Assembly (NCBI GenBank): GCA_965222115.1
Contig: CBDCTJ010000007.1
Coordinates: 128,001 to 192,000 of the forward strand
Source: Planctomycetota bacterium
GTDB taxonomy: Bacteria; Planctomycetota; PLA2; JAEUHO01
Reading direction: 5' to 3'
Length of the DNA: 64,000 bases
Shown piece by piece: positions 1-8,641 of the stretch. Every line of letters begins with the position of its first letter. The first letter of the stretch is position 1. Made by a program: the position numbers and the translations under genes. The notes below the pieces were generated by a model. It was given only the letters and a program-made list of their open reading frames with translations, did not search any database and was not told where the DNA came from.

Positions 1-20
1 CCATTACCCATTCATTCGCC

Positions 21-101
21 ACTGCGTCGCTCGGCCACCACGCTGCTTTCCCCGCGACCGGGTGGGGGGATAGGCCGGAACGTAAGTGGAGGCCGTAAGG
101 G
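21..101. repeat. ~80-bp direct repeat, copy 1 (copy 2 at 9617-9696)
   Basis: ACTGCGTCGCTCGGCCACCACGCT...CCCCGCGACCGGGTG...GATAGGCCG...TGGAGGCCGTAAGGG aligns with 9617-9696 with about 11 differences including one gap (manual alignment). Confidence 0.9.
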
Positions 102-120
102 GGGGTAGTCACTACCCCCC
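100..120. repeat. perfect 10-1-10 palindrome GGGGGGTAGT-C-ACTACCCCCC
   Basis: Seen directly, abutting repeat copy 1. Confidence 0.85.
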
Positions 121-203
121 TTGAAAATACGGGCGGGTTCTTCCGCGCGCCGCAACCGTATTCATCTCATAAGCAACGCTTCCTCCATTCTCCCAACTAC
201 CTC

Positions 204-233
204 GCGCGGGTTCGAATCCCGCCACTCCCGCTA
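204..233 (+). tRNA. tRNA 3'-end fragment (T-arm plus acceptor 3' strand); probable att-site remnant, not a full tRNA
   Basis: GCGGG-TTCGAAT-CCCGC T-arm, then a 7-nt acceptor strand CACTCCC and G; no matching 5' half (GGGAGTG) upstream. Confidence 0.6.
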
Positions 234-470
234 CACTTCATTGTGTGTGGCTGCCCCAAGTTGCTCCATGCCGAACACTTCGGGCGGACGACTTCAGTCT
301 GACGGCAATCCTTTACTTTCGGCAGCATGTCGCAACGACGGGCAAGGGCCGAGCAGGGGAATAGCCTAAAATCGGGGATGGTCACCAGCATCGTGCCGAT
401 CACGACTGCCCCCCGGCACTCTTCCCCCATCCCGCCATAGACTTGCCACCCTCTATTGTAGGAGCCTGAA

Positions 471-1517
471 ATGTGGGCGACAGAGCTTTCACACCTTGAG
501 TTCTGGGTAGGGAACGCTCTGCAGGCGGCCCACTACTACCGGCACGTCTTTGGGTTCGACATCGTCGCGCGAGCTAGTGACAAGATTCGCCGCCAAGGCA
601 GGGAGTCGTTCTTGATTCGGCAAGGCAGAGTAGCGCTTCTGTTGACCTCCGCGACGAGCACGACCGGCGCGGTACATCAGTACGTCTCTCGACACGGAGA
701 CTCTGTGCGAGAAATCGCTTTCCGTACCGAAGACATCGAGAAGTGGGTGCAACACGCGAACAGCACTCGGGACGCTTCAGGGCTAACGACAGGCTGCAAA
801 TGCGCCTCTGTCGCAGCGTTTGGAGAAACTCGGATCTCGTTCTCGGAAAGGAGCCTCTCGGACTCTATCCCCGAGGACTTTGATCACTTCGACGGCCCAG
901 GCGAGTCAGTCGGTATCACGGGGGTCGATCATGTAGTCGTGAACGTCGAGGACGGCCGACTTGCTCCTTCACAACGCTGGTGCGAGGAAGTTCTCGGCTC
1001 CGAGCCGATCCAATTTTTTGAAAGAGACGCGGTCTCAACTGAAAAGAGTGGACTGAGGAGCGTCGTATTGGCGACCACATCCGATCTAAAGGTCAACATC
1101 AACGAGCCTACCCCTGGAGTGTATCGAAGTCACATTCAAGAGTATCTCGATAGCCACGGCGGCCCGGGGGTTCAGCACATCGCGCTGGCAACTGGGGACG
1201 CAATAAGCACGGTTTCAGATCTAAGGAGCCGCGGTGTCACGTTTCACCGGCCAAGTAAGGCCTACTACGCGGAGTTGTGGGCGGAGCCCGTCCCGTCCCT
1301 CGGTCAGTCCCGTGCCGAGATTGAGCGGGCAGGTGTGCTCCTTGACTACGATGTGGACGGCTATCTGATCCAGCAGTTTTCCGAGCACGTGCAGCCGCGC
1401 CCCACCGTCTTCTTCGAGATCATCGAGCGAGTCGGGAGTCGCGGCTTTGGCGAGCGAACATTCAGGACGCACTTCAAGGAGATGGAAGATGCCGCACTTA
1501 GGAGAGGCTATGAGTGA
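471..1517 (+). CDS. 4-hydroxyphenylpyruvate dioxygenase-like VOC protein (divergent)
   Basis: HLEFWVGNA, HGDSVREIAF, DHVV, GGPGVQHIAL, FFEIIER, GFG motifs; His/His/Glu Fe ligands present. Confidence 0.85.
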   Translation: MWATELSHLEFWVGNALQAAHYYRHVFGFDIVARASDKIRRQGRESFLIRQGRVALLLTSATSTTGAVHQYVSRHGDSVREIAFRTEDIEKWVQHANSTRDASGLTTGCKCASVAAFGETRISFSERSLSDSIPEDFDHFDGPGESVGITGVDHVVVNVEDGRLAPSQRWCEEVLGSEPIQFFERDAVSTEKSGLRSVVLATTSDLKVNINEPTPGVYRSHIQEYLDSHGGPGVQHIALATGDAISTVSDLRSRGVTFHRPSKAYYAELWAEPVPSLGQSRAEIERAGVLLDYDVDGYLIQQFSEHVQPRPTVFFEIIERVGSRGFGERTFRTHFKEMEDAALRRGYE

Positions 1518-1547
1518 ACTGAGCACCGGGGAAGCGAAGGACGCTCG

Positions 1548-2135
1548 ATGAGTTCGTACAAGGCGTCTGCATTCATAAAGACAGGCACGATTCTGCGCTA
1601 TCTCATCGAAACCCGCAAGGGTGCCGCCGTCGGCAAGGCCTGGCCAGATAGCGGGCAAAGCGCGGATGCGTTCGTCAACTCGAGAGGGGAAAAGATCCAA
1701 GAGAGCGCCAACGTGCTGCACGCGATGTACGCGCTTGAGGAGCTTCTGAAGGAGATTGGGTTCGCTGACATACGGCCAAACGACTGGAAGTTCTTCAAGA
1801 GGACGCTGATACCGGCCGCGGATGCCCTGATGCGGGCAGACAAAGGGCGAGGGCGCCTGACGGATGACCTAGCCAAGCGGATCAATGCAAATGCGCGCGA
1901 GCTTCGAAAGGGCGTGCTGGCGAGGGCCGACAAGATCACTCTTCGCGACGGTGACGGCGGCTGGCCGACAGAGTGGGACTCCGACCTGATCTGGCCGGTT
2001 CCTTGGTGGCTCGTGCTGGCCTTCTTGGGCGCTTTCTCTCTCGGCCTGTTCGTCGCCAGAACGAAGTTATATGACAAGGCTAAGGATCTGCTTTCACCAG
2101 CAGAGTCCCAGGTTGCACCTTCAGACGAGGAGTAG
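1548..2135 (+). CDS. hypothetical protein with C-terminal TM helix
   Basis: 195-aa ORF, hydrophobic WPVPWWLVLAFLGAFSLGLFVA. Confidence 0.65.
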   Translation: MSSYKASAFIKTGTILRYLIETRKGAAVGKAWPDSGQSADAFVNSRGEKIQESANVLHAMYALEELLKEIGFADIRPNDWKFFKRTLIPAADALMRADKGRGRLTDDLAKRINANARELRKGVLARADKITLRDGDGGWPTEWDSDLIWPVPWWLVLAFLGAFSLGLFVARTKLYDKAKDLLSPAESQVAPSDEE

Positions 2136-2265
2136 GCCTCAGGGCAGGCTACCGATCACTTTCAAGTAATTGAGCGAACCTTAGAGCCACACACTGGCGG
2201 ACTAGGTCTGCGGCCACCCGACCCCTCTACGCTGACATGTCTGCAGTCAGATGACTTCAGGATAC

Positions 2266-2298
2266 GGATACCGAGCGGATACCGAGCGGATACCGAGC
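2266..2298. repeat. tandem repeat (GGATACCGAGC)x3
   Basis: Three exact 11-bp units. Confidence 0.9.
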
Positions 2299-2649
2299 CG
2301 CGTATCTTCCCACCAGCTACGTGACCAATGTCCTACCGCACGACCAGTGACTTGGACTACGAATCATGTCCGTGCAAGACCGCGCCGCCTTCATGCGTAC
2401 GGCCGACCTGCGGCGACAGCTAAGAGGTCAGGAGTTTGCACTACGTAGCCGGAGTAGTTCGGAATAGCTTCTGGTGGAGCGATTGCATTTGCTCGCGCAT
2501 TTTGACACGCAACGCGCCCCATGTTTACGCGCATAGAGCCGTGCAAATCAAAGGCATCTGCCTGCCTGAGTCGGACATTGTGAACTTGATGGGAAAATAC
2601 ACGGCTCGGTATCTCTCACTCGTCGCGGTGACATCACGCTCTGGCTCAG

Positions 2650-2858
2650 TGAAGAAGCTCGGAAGGCGAGCGCGGAAGAAGAAGAGCGGGTATCACAAAC
2701 AGGCCAGAGCAGAGAATGCGGTCTTCCGATACAAGACTATCCTCGGCGGGAAACTCAGGTCGCGCAGTAAAAGCGGCCGACGCGTTGAAGCGCGTCTCGC
2801 TTGCAGCATTCTCAATCGCATGACGGCACTTGGGCGGCCTGCGTCATACGCGATTTGA
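2650..2858 (+). pseudogene. IS5-family (IS903-like) transposase C-terminal remnant
   Basis: SGYHKQARAENAVFRYKTILGGKLRSR...EARLACSILNRMTALGRP is a typical IS5/IS903 C-terminus; N-terminus absent; left boundary approximate. Confidence 0.8.
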
Positions 2859-2897
2859 GCCTGAATTCCGGACATTGAGAACAATCGTCGGCAACTC

Positions 2898-2944
2898 GAT
2901 TCATGCACCAACGCCTACAGCGGATTTCGATTCATGCACCAACG
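2898..2944. mobile_element. two tandem copies of an IS903-like terminal IR (GATTCATGCACCAACG[CC])
   Basis: Copies at 2898-2915 and 2929-2944 downstream of the transposase remnant; third copy at 19221-19238. Confidence 0.75.
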
Positions 2945-2959
2945 AGGGCTTGCGCCCAA

Positions 2960-3280
2960 CTACGTATGATTCACTTGGACGTCGCCAGCCGAAGGTGGCT
3001 CAATGGCCCCAGGCGGCAATACCGCGGGATTGCACGCCGTAACCGAGTGTGTAAAACACGACCAACTGTCCGATTCAGGCGGAAGCGCAGGACTGTTGCC
3101 GATTCGTGGCGCGATCAACACGGCATAGTCAATCATCTCCTTGACGTGCCATTTCTGCTCCTGAATGAGTCCGCCGACGGCTCCCGCTTCGATTCTGCCA
3201 ACCACTTCCATGTTGCCGGCCTTCATGATCGTAAATTCACCCATTGCGAGCAATGGCATAGCAATTTCTCCTTGGCTCAT
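2960..3280 (-). CDS. small hypothetical protein, last gene of the ECF-kinase operon
   Basis: ATGA start/stop overlap with the kinase gene. Confidence 0.6.
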   Translation of the reverse strand: MSQGEIAMPLLAMGEFTIMKAGNMEVVGRIEAGAVGGLIQEQKWHVKEMIDYAVLIAPRIGNSPALPPESDSWSCFTHSVTACNPAVLPPGAIEPPSAGDVQVNHT

Positions 3281-6117
3281 GCGAGTATCCTCCGCAACGC
3301 CGCCTCAGCTTCGCCCAATGACAGGACTTCTCTTCGCATCGACAAATCGAACGAAGAATGTGCTTTGATGGCATCTAGTGCACGCTCATACATTGTTGAT
3401 GCTTGCGTCCCCGACAACGCGAGCAAGGCTGCTGACTGTACGTCCAACAACCACATAGGTCCTACGAATGCGCCAGTGCCTGCCAAAATGTCATGTACGT
3501 CGTACGGTGAAAACCCCACGACACACGCAAGAGCACCTGCTAACGCCGACGCGCGAGCTTGTCCAAGAAACGCCCAGATGCTCTGCGCGTCACTTGAGAG
3601 TTGAAGGCAAGCCTCCCGCTCACCCCCTCTCCACGCCACGGCCGCTTCCACAAGGAAGATCATTGCAGCTTGATTGACACGACCAAGTGTCTTTGTTGCG
3701 GACACCAACCCTGTATCAACCTTCAAGTTCTCCATCATTCTATAGCCGGATGCTCGGTAAATGTACTCGGCTCGAGCTTGCCGAAACACGTGCCCCGCAA
3801 GCTTCGCTTCGCGTAGCGCAAGCGTTGAAACGTGTCGCGCTCGCTCATGTTCACCTGCATCTAACCTCGCGTCGGCTTCATTAAGCAGACATGAAAGTCT
3901 AGCACTGGGCGTGAGCGCGAACTCCGCCGCTCGTTCGTGAAAGACAGCGGCCTCTCGTGGCCGTCCTTGTCGATATTCGTACCAGCCTCGTCCCTCCTGA
4001 TACTTACATTGCCCTCCTCGCACCGAATCGGCCACACGCTCACACGCACTGAGCACGTATTCTTGTTGTTTGAGTGGCAAACTCCATGCGGCCATCAACA
4101 AGATCGACATCCAAGGCAATTGAAGTACTGGATCTTCGGGAAGAGTATCGGGATCAACCAACGCACAAGCATGATGCCCTCGCGCTTGAAGTGCGAGCTT
4201 AGCCGAGCGACACATGCGGTAGAGATACTCCAACTCTCGACCCCCTGCGGCTCCAGATTCCAACTCGGCCAAGACGGGTTCAAATCGATTGCTAGAGGTT
4301 TCCGCAAGCGCACAAAGAAAGAGGCGCCGTAGCGACTCGTAGCGACTCGTAGCATCAGCCCCCCGCCTTGACCGCACGAGGGCCAACGCGAGGTCCATTG
4401 CCTCTCGTGTTCTACCTTGGACTATTGCATCATCGACATCCTCCGGATCCGGCTCGGCCGATGACACGGGGGAGCAGACCGGCTCCCTCGCTCGAATCAC
4501 TTGATTCACTGACGGTAGCACCTCGACAAATTCTCCACGATTGCATAGCCAACCTGAGAGCTTCCAAATGGTCATCTCCGCAACGACCGCTCGTGGATTG
4601 CCACGAGTGCTCCTGTACAGAAGCGTCGATGCTCGCTTTCGATGAGAAGTCCAACGATCATTCCCAGACAGCGAGTCATGAATGTCAAGTCTGCTCATTG
4701 CCTTGAGCGAAACCGACGCACTACACTTAAGAGGCGTGCGCGAGGCGTACAAAAGGAGCGAGTGAGGGAGAGATTCGCGTAGCGCCGACAGCGCCTGCGG
4801 AGGGACGCATTCCGCGTCATCAATCACAACTACATCACTGCACCCAATCCGTGGTGGTACGATCGAACGTCCAGACGAACAGTCGAGAACGTTGCCCGTT
4901 AGCTCTACACAGGTTCGACCGCAAGATCGAAGCTCACGGACGAGTCTCTGGAGTAGCCGCGACTTTCCGACACCGGATGGGCCAAGAACTTCCACATCAC
5001 CACAGCTATTCAGTATCTTGAGTGCCGCATCATGCGCGCTGTCCGCACTTGCATGGTGGAGACAGAATGCGGAGGACGCTTCCATTGTAGGTAACAACTG
5101 AGCTATGACATCGCGTGCGGAATTTGGTCTATTTCTTGGATCACCAGCCATGAGGTCCATTAACAACTCGCGCCCAGCTCGCGGGGTGTCCTTGTACTTG
5201 TTCGGAGCGAGATGAGGTGCCCCGGACTCTCGACGAGAAAGGAGTCCATCAAGTTCGACGGGGCGGTGCGGAATTTCTCCCGTAAGCGCTTCATAGAGCA
5301 TCACGCCGATTGAATAGAGATCTGAAGACACTGAGGGAGGATCTCCCCTTAATCGCTCAGGAGACATGTACGCGATGGTACCGGCGCACTCCAGGATAGT
5401 GCCGGAAGCCGCACAAACACCTTCGCCCGTGACGAGACCAAAATCGATCAACCGAACGTCATCGCCATCAACCAATACATTCGATGGCTTGATGTCTCCA
5501 TGCGCAATCCCACACGCATGCATATGGGAAACCGCGCAGAGTACGCGGAGGATTAGGTAGGACGCCCTGTCCCAGTTGCATCGCCCCTTGAAAGCAGGAA
5601 ACGGCTGCCCGTCCACGTAGTCAGTCACAATGCAGGGATACCCCAATGCGTCGCAGAGATCCCTGTGGCTTACAATGAGTGCCGAATGTACGCGTCGCAA
5701 CGCCGATGACTCGCGTCGAGCCGCCCATTGCGCGGGGTCATCAAGCCCCGTGAGAATTTTTAGCGCGACAAGTTCTCCACTCAACGTGTCGTAGCTCTTG
5801 AACACATCACCAAACGCGCCTGATCCGAGATGCCTCTTGACCTGATACCGCTCGTCAATTGTCAGACCAAGAAAAGTCGAAGGACTGGGGCGATCGTCGC
5901 GTACTAGAATTGCGGTCTTCGATCGAAGACCTGAATGCGCGGTCGGCCTCATGAAATCATCAAGAGACACGGCATGCTTGATCAATCGCAACGCGCGCGC
6001 TAGAAGCTCGGGCGCGTGAGAGAGACAGTTCGACAAGAACGCTTCTCGATGCGGAGGTTCAAGCTCAAGCGCATCGACAACAGCCTCTTCAAGTAGATTG
6101 TCAGTGGAGCTACTCAC
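3277..6117 (-). CDS. Hanks-type Ser/Thr kinase fused to a P-loop ATPase and TPR-like helical region
   Basis: LGSGAFG, VALK, HGDIKPSN, DFG, YMSPE; Walker A GPSGVGKS, Walker B VVVIDD; planctomycete-type N-terminus; GTGA overlap with the ECF stop. Confidence 0.9.
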   Translation of the reverse strand: MSSSTDNLLEEAVVDALELEPPHREAFLSNCLSHAPELLARALRLIKHAVSLDDFMRPTAHSGLRSKTAILVRDDRPSPSTFLGLTIDERYQVKRHLGSGAFGDVFKSYDTLSGELVALKILTGLDDPAQWAARRESSALRRVHSALIVSHRDLCDALGYPCIVTDYVDGQPFPAFKGRCNWDRASYLILRVLCAVSHMHACGIAHGDIKPSNVLVDGDDVRLIDFGLVTGEGVCAASGTILECAGTIAYMSPERLRGDPPSVSSDLYSIGVMLYEALTGEIPHRPVELDGLLSRRESGAPHLAPNKYKDTPRAGRELLMDLMAGDPRNRPNSARDVIAQLLPTMEASSAFCLHHASADSAHDAALKILNSCGDVEVLGPSGVGKSRLLQRLVRELRSCGRTCVELTGNVLDCSSGRSIVPPRIGCSDVVVIDDAECVPPQALSALRESLPHSLLLYASRTPLKCSASVSLKAMSRLDIHDSLSGNDRWTSHRKRASTLLYRSTRGNPRAVVAEMTIWKLSGWLCNRGEFVEVLPSVNQVIRAREPVCSPVSSAEPDPEDVDDAIVQGRTREAMDLALALVRSRRGADATSRYESLRRLFLCALAETSSNRFEPVLAELESGAAGGRELEYLYRMCRSAKLALQARGHHACALVDPDTLPEDPVLQLPWMSILLMAAWSLPLKQQEYVLSACERVADSVRGGQCKYQEGRGWYEYRQGRPREAAVFHERAAEFALTPSARLSCLLNEADARLDAGEHERARHVSTLALREAKLAGHVFRQARAEYIYRASGYRMMENLKVDTGLVSATKTLGRVNQAAMIFLVEAAVAWRGGEREACLQLSSDAQSIWAFLGQARASALAGALACVVGFSPYDVHDILAGTGAFVGPMWLLDVQSAALLALSGTQASTMYERALDAIKAHSSFDLSMRREVLSLGEAEAALRRILA

Positions 6118-6701
6118 TCAAGCGAGTCCTTGATTCTCAACTTTGCAAATTTGATCTTTCGATAGACACTTCGCTTGCTGATTCCCACCAACGGTCCGAT
6201 CGCCTCAGGGTCGAGCCCCAACCAATAGTGCAATCGAATCATGCTACACATTTGTGGATCATCCTGCGCGAGAGCGCGAAGCGCCGTGCCAAGCCGGTCG
6301 AGGGAACCGGAAGACTTCTCAAGTTTGTCTATGTGCTCATCCAACAATCCTAGCTCAGCCACGTCGGCCAGTCGTTCTCCTGAAGTCCTCTCACGGCCCC
6401 TTCGCGCGGCCCTGGCTCTAGCGCGATCAATCAACATTCGTTCCATTGCGAGGGCTGCCCAATTCATAAAATGTTTGCGACTGCTCCATGGCGAGTCCCT
6501 TCGAATGACTCGAGCGTACAACTCGTGCACGAGATCCGTCGGCTCCAAAGACGAGTCCCTCCCCTTTCGAAGCCGGACGGCGGAGGCCATGGCCCTGAGG
6601 CGTGAGTAGAGAGCACGAAAGACCTCGTCTTCTGCGCCCGAGACTCCCTCTTGCATACCGTGAAGGAGTTCGGTGATCGATGAATCGGAATATGTAGTCA
6701 C
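6114..6701 (-). CDS. ECF sigma factor, kinase-associated (TIGR02999-like)
   Basis: ITELL...LYSRLRAMA...LEPTDLVHE...HFMNWAALAMERMLIDRAR, sigma4 HTH; GTG start at 6701 inferred from GGAGG. Confidence 0.88.
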   Translation of the reverse strand: MTTYSDSSITELLHGMQEGVSGAEDEVFRALYSRLRAMASAVRLRKGRDSSLEPTDLVHELYARVIRRDSPWSSRKHFMNWAALAMERMLIDRARARAARRGRERTSGERLADVAELGLLDEHIDKLEKSSGSLDRLGTALRALAQDDPQMCSMIRLHYWLGLDPEAIGPLVGISKRSVYRKIKFAKLRIKDSLE

Positions 6702-6966
6702 TGCTAGCGAACCTCCACGCTGAGACACTTACGATACGGAGTGAGGCGCCGTCTGTGACAGAATTGGATGACATTACGGAGTATATCGAGGCCCCTCCTC
6801 TCCCCACTGGGTGCTTGAGACGCCTCAAAATCGTCTTGGCACTCAATTTCGTGCGCGCCGTAGTCATTGATGTGAGGCGAACAATCGCCTCGTGCCGCGC
6901 TCAATCCCTTTGAGCTTGAGCGGCTTTACGAACACGATGCACGAGTACGTGCTGAATTGGAGACAC

Positions 6967-7167
6967 ATGGGCTGGTTATCGAAAGTCAAACGCATTGCCA
7001 AGCGGCACACCAAGAAGGCGTACGATGCTGGAAAGCGAACTGTAAGGAAACATGGGCACAAGATCCTCAAGAAGGCGGTAGTCGCCGGAACAACCGCTGC
7101 TGCAGGGGTCTTTGGTGGCCCCGTAGCGGGAGCTGCGGCAGGAAAAGTAGCAAAGGAGATTGTTTGA
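6967..7167 (+). CDS. 66-aa cationic amphipathic peptide with Gly/Ala-zipper C-terminus
   Basis: GGAGA RBS; MGWLSKVKRIAKRHTKKAY...GVFGGPVAGAAAGKVAKEIV; 12 K + 4 R vs 2 acidic residues; TGATG overlap with the next gene. Confidence 0.75.
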   Translation: MGWLSKVKRIAKRHTKKAYDAGKRTVRKHGHKILKKAVVAGTTAAAGVFGGPVAGAAAGKVAKEIV

Positions 7168-7487
7168 TGACGACACTTACGAATGAAGAAGCAGACACGA
7201 TCATGAGCGAAATCGGGATGCGGCGCGCAAATGAAATCACGGGCCGACTGATCGATGACGACAAGATTGACGACGACCTTGCGGCCGCGTTGGTTGATGC
7301 CACGCAAGACCAACGTCTAGAAGTAGCAGATATCATGCTCGACATTCTCGGCCTCAATGCGATCTTCTCAAGCGCGATCAAGAGCGGTGACTCGCTGGAT
7401 CCAGATGAAGTGGACGAACTCCGGCAGTACGTCGGGGAACTCGAACGCGACTCGTCTGATATCATTGCGGCTCTAGTGAGTTCTTAG
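7167..7487 (+). CDS. 106-aa highly acidic protein (putative partner or immunity protein)
   Basis: AAGGAG RBS inside the upstream gene; ATG overlaps the upstream TGA; 26 D/E vs 8 K/R. Confidence 0.75.
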   Translation: MTTLTNEEADTIMSEIGMRRANEITGRLIDDDKIDDDLAAALVDATQDQRLEVADIMLDILGLNAIFSSAIKSGDSLDPDEVDELRQYVGELERDSSDIIAALVSS

Positions 7488-7509
7488 TTCGTGAAGTCTC
7501 ACAACTAAG

Positions 7510-7583
7510 AGACGCTCACATCATGAGCGTCTTCGCCTACAGCGCGCGGGTCGCGTGTCGCGGACTCCTTGATGCGACACGCG
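7510..7583 (+). terminator. two hairpins after the peptide operon
   Basis: AGACGCTCA-5-TGAGCGTCT (7510-7532) and CGCGTGTCGC-12-GCGACACGCG (7552-7583); no long U tract. Confidence 0.5.
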
Positions 7584-7689
7584 CCCCATTCCGTGGGCTC
7601 CTATTCCGCGCGGATTCTTCGTTCAGTTCCATCTGAATTACGCGCCTTGTACTGTGCCCCTCCTACTGGGCCCAAGCGGACGCCTAGGA

Positions 7690-7706
7690 TTAAGTCAAAG
7701 ACTTAA
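7690..7706. promoter_or_regulatory. perfect 7-3-7 palindrome TTAAGTC-AAA-GACTTAA, candidate operator
   Basis: AT-rich palindrome about 45 bp upstream of the hydrolase ATG. Confidence 0.4.
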
Positions 7707-7750
7707 CAATCGCCCAATTGGGTACACGCCACCTGATTCGTAGGAAGACT

Positions 7751-8641
7751 ATGACCAATCTAAGATCCGGTAGCCAAGGACGAGATGTGCGGCGCTTGCA
7801 GGAGCGGCTTGTGCAAGCAGAACTCCTGAATGGAGAAGTAGACGGAGTGTTCGGCGCAGCGACTGAATCCGCCGTACGGTCATTCCAGATGCAAAACGGC
7901 CTGACCGTCGACGGAACTGTAGGACCAAAAACAACGGCGTGGCTCGATGTTGTCGTTTCGGAATCGACAGTACTTGAAGAGGACAATCGGTTGCTGGCGA
8001 AACTAAGAGAGGTAGTGACGACCACCGCGCCGAGGCCAGCTCCTGCGCCCGTTGCAAGGGGTGATGCTCCGATGATCGGTCTAGAAAGCCGTGCTGCTGC
8101 GGTTGTTCTCGCGGCAACTTCTGAGTGGAATCAGATCGTGCATGAGCCGAAGGGAAATGGGTGGGAACGTATCGACGAGTACATTCGTGGACCAGAGGGA
8201 ATCGATTGGGGCTGGGAGAGTAGATATGTTGCAAACAGGCAATTTAAGTGGTGCGGCGCATTCGCTGCTTTCTGCTTTCACGCAGCAGGACTCAAACACG
8301 AGATTCGCAAGCGCGTCATGCCTTCCACGTATCGCATTCACAAGTGGGCGGCCGGTAGCACACGCATGATTCCACACCGAGACGTGTTGCCGGGCGACAT
8401 CGTGCTAGTCGGGCCAAATCAGGGCAAGATTTGGGGCAACCACATCACGATATGCAAATCCGTTGAATTGGCCACGGAATCCATCACCACGCTTGAGGGC
8501 AACGCAAAGGGCATGGGACCGGACGGTGCGTTCTACGAAGGAGTCATTTCGCGTGCGAGGCCCTTTGAGACTCCGAGCCTTCCTTCTCGCAAGTACCGAA
8601 TCAAGCACGTTGTGCGTCCTCTCCCCAGCGACTATGTGTAG
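7751..8641 (+). CDS. peptidoglycan-binding (PG_binding_1) plus CHAP-like cysteine amidase
   Basis: LRSGSQGRDVRRLQERL...VDGVFGAATESAVRSFQ...GLTVDGTVGPKT; WCGAF (Cys), PGDIV, NHIT (His), TLEGN; no signal peptide. Confidence 0.85.
   Translation: MTNLRSGSQGRDVRRLQERLVQAELLNGEVDGVFGAATESAVRSFQMQNGLTVDGTVGPKTTAWLDVVVSESTVLEEDNRLLAKLREVVTTTAPRPAPAPVARGDAPMIGLESRAAAVVLAATSEWNQIVHEPKGNGWERIDEYIRGPEGIDWGWESRYVANRQFKWCGAFAAFCFHAAGLKHEIRKRVMPSTYRIHKWAAGSTRMIPHRDVLPGDIVLVGPNQGKIWGNHITICKSVELATESITTLEGNAKGMGPDGAFYEGVISRARPFETPSLPSRKYRIKHVVRPLPSDYV

Noticed and set aside
160-233. Complete tRNA gene
   Set aside because: Only the T-arm and acceptor 3' strand are present; no D-arm, anticodon arm or pairing 5' strand
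2266-2298. Short tandem repeats (also 39776-39813) as a CRISPR array
   Set aside because: No spacers, units only 11-14 bp, no cas genes in the window
4328-4353. 10-bp tandem repeat (CGTAGCGACT) in the kinase gene as a phase-variation site
   Set aside because: Only about 2.6 units and the reading frame is intact; no evidence of variation
6864-7487. ORF-track calls 6864-7313(-), 6892 start and 6957 start
   Set aside because: RBS positions and the TGATG coupling favour starts at 6967 and 7167; the minus ORF is a shadow
6730-7750. Shared promoter motif for the kinase-associated ECF
   Set aside because: Only weak matches (AACAATCGCC twice, TG..N..CGTA); not distinguishable from chance by eye
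6967-8641. Intact prophage
   Set aside because: No integrase, terminase, capsid or tail genes in the window; at most a lysis-like cassette
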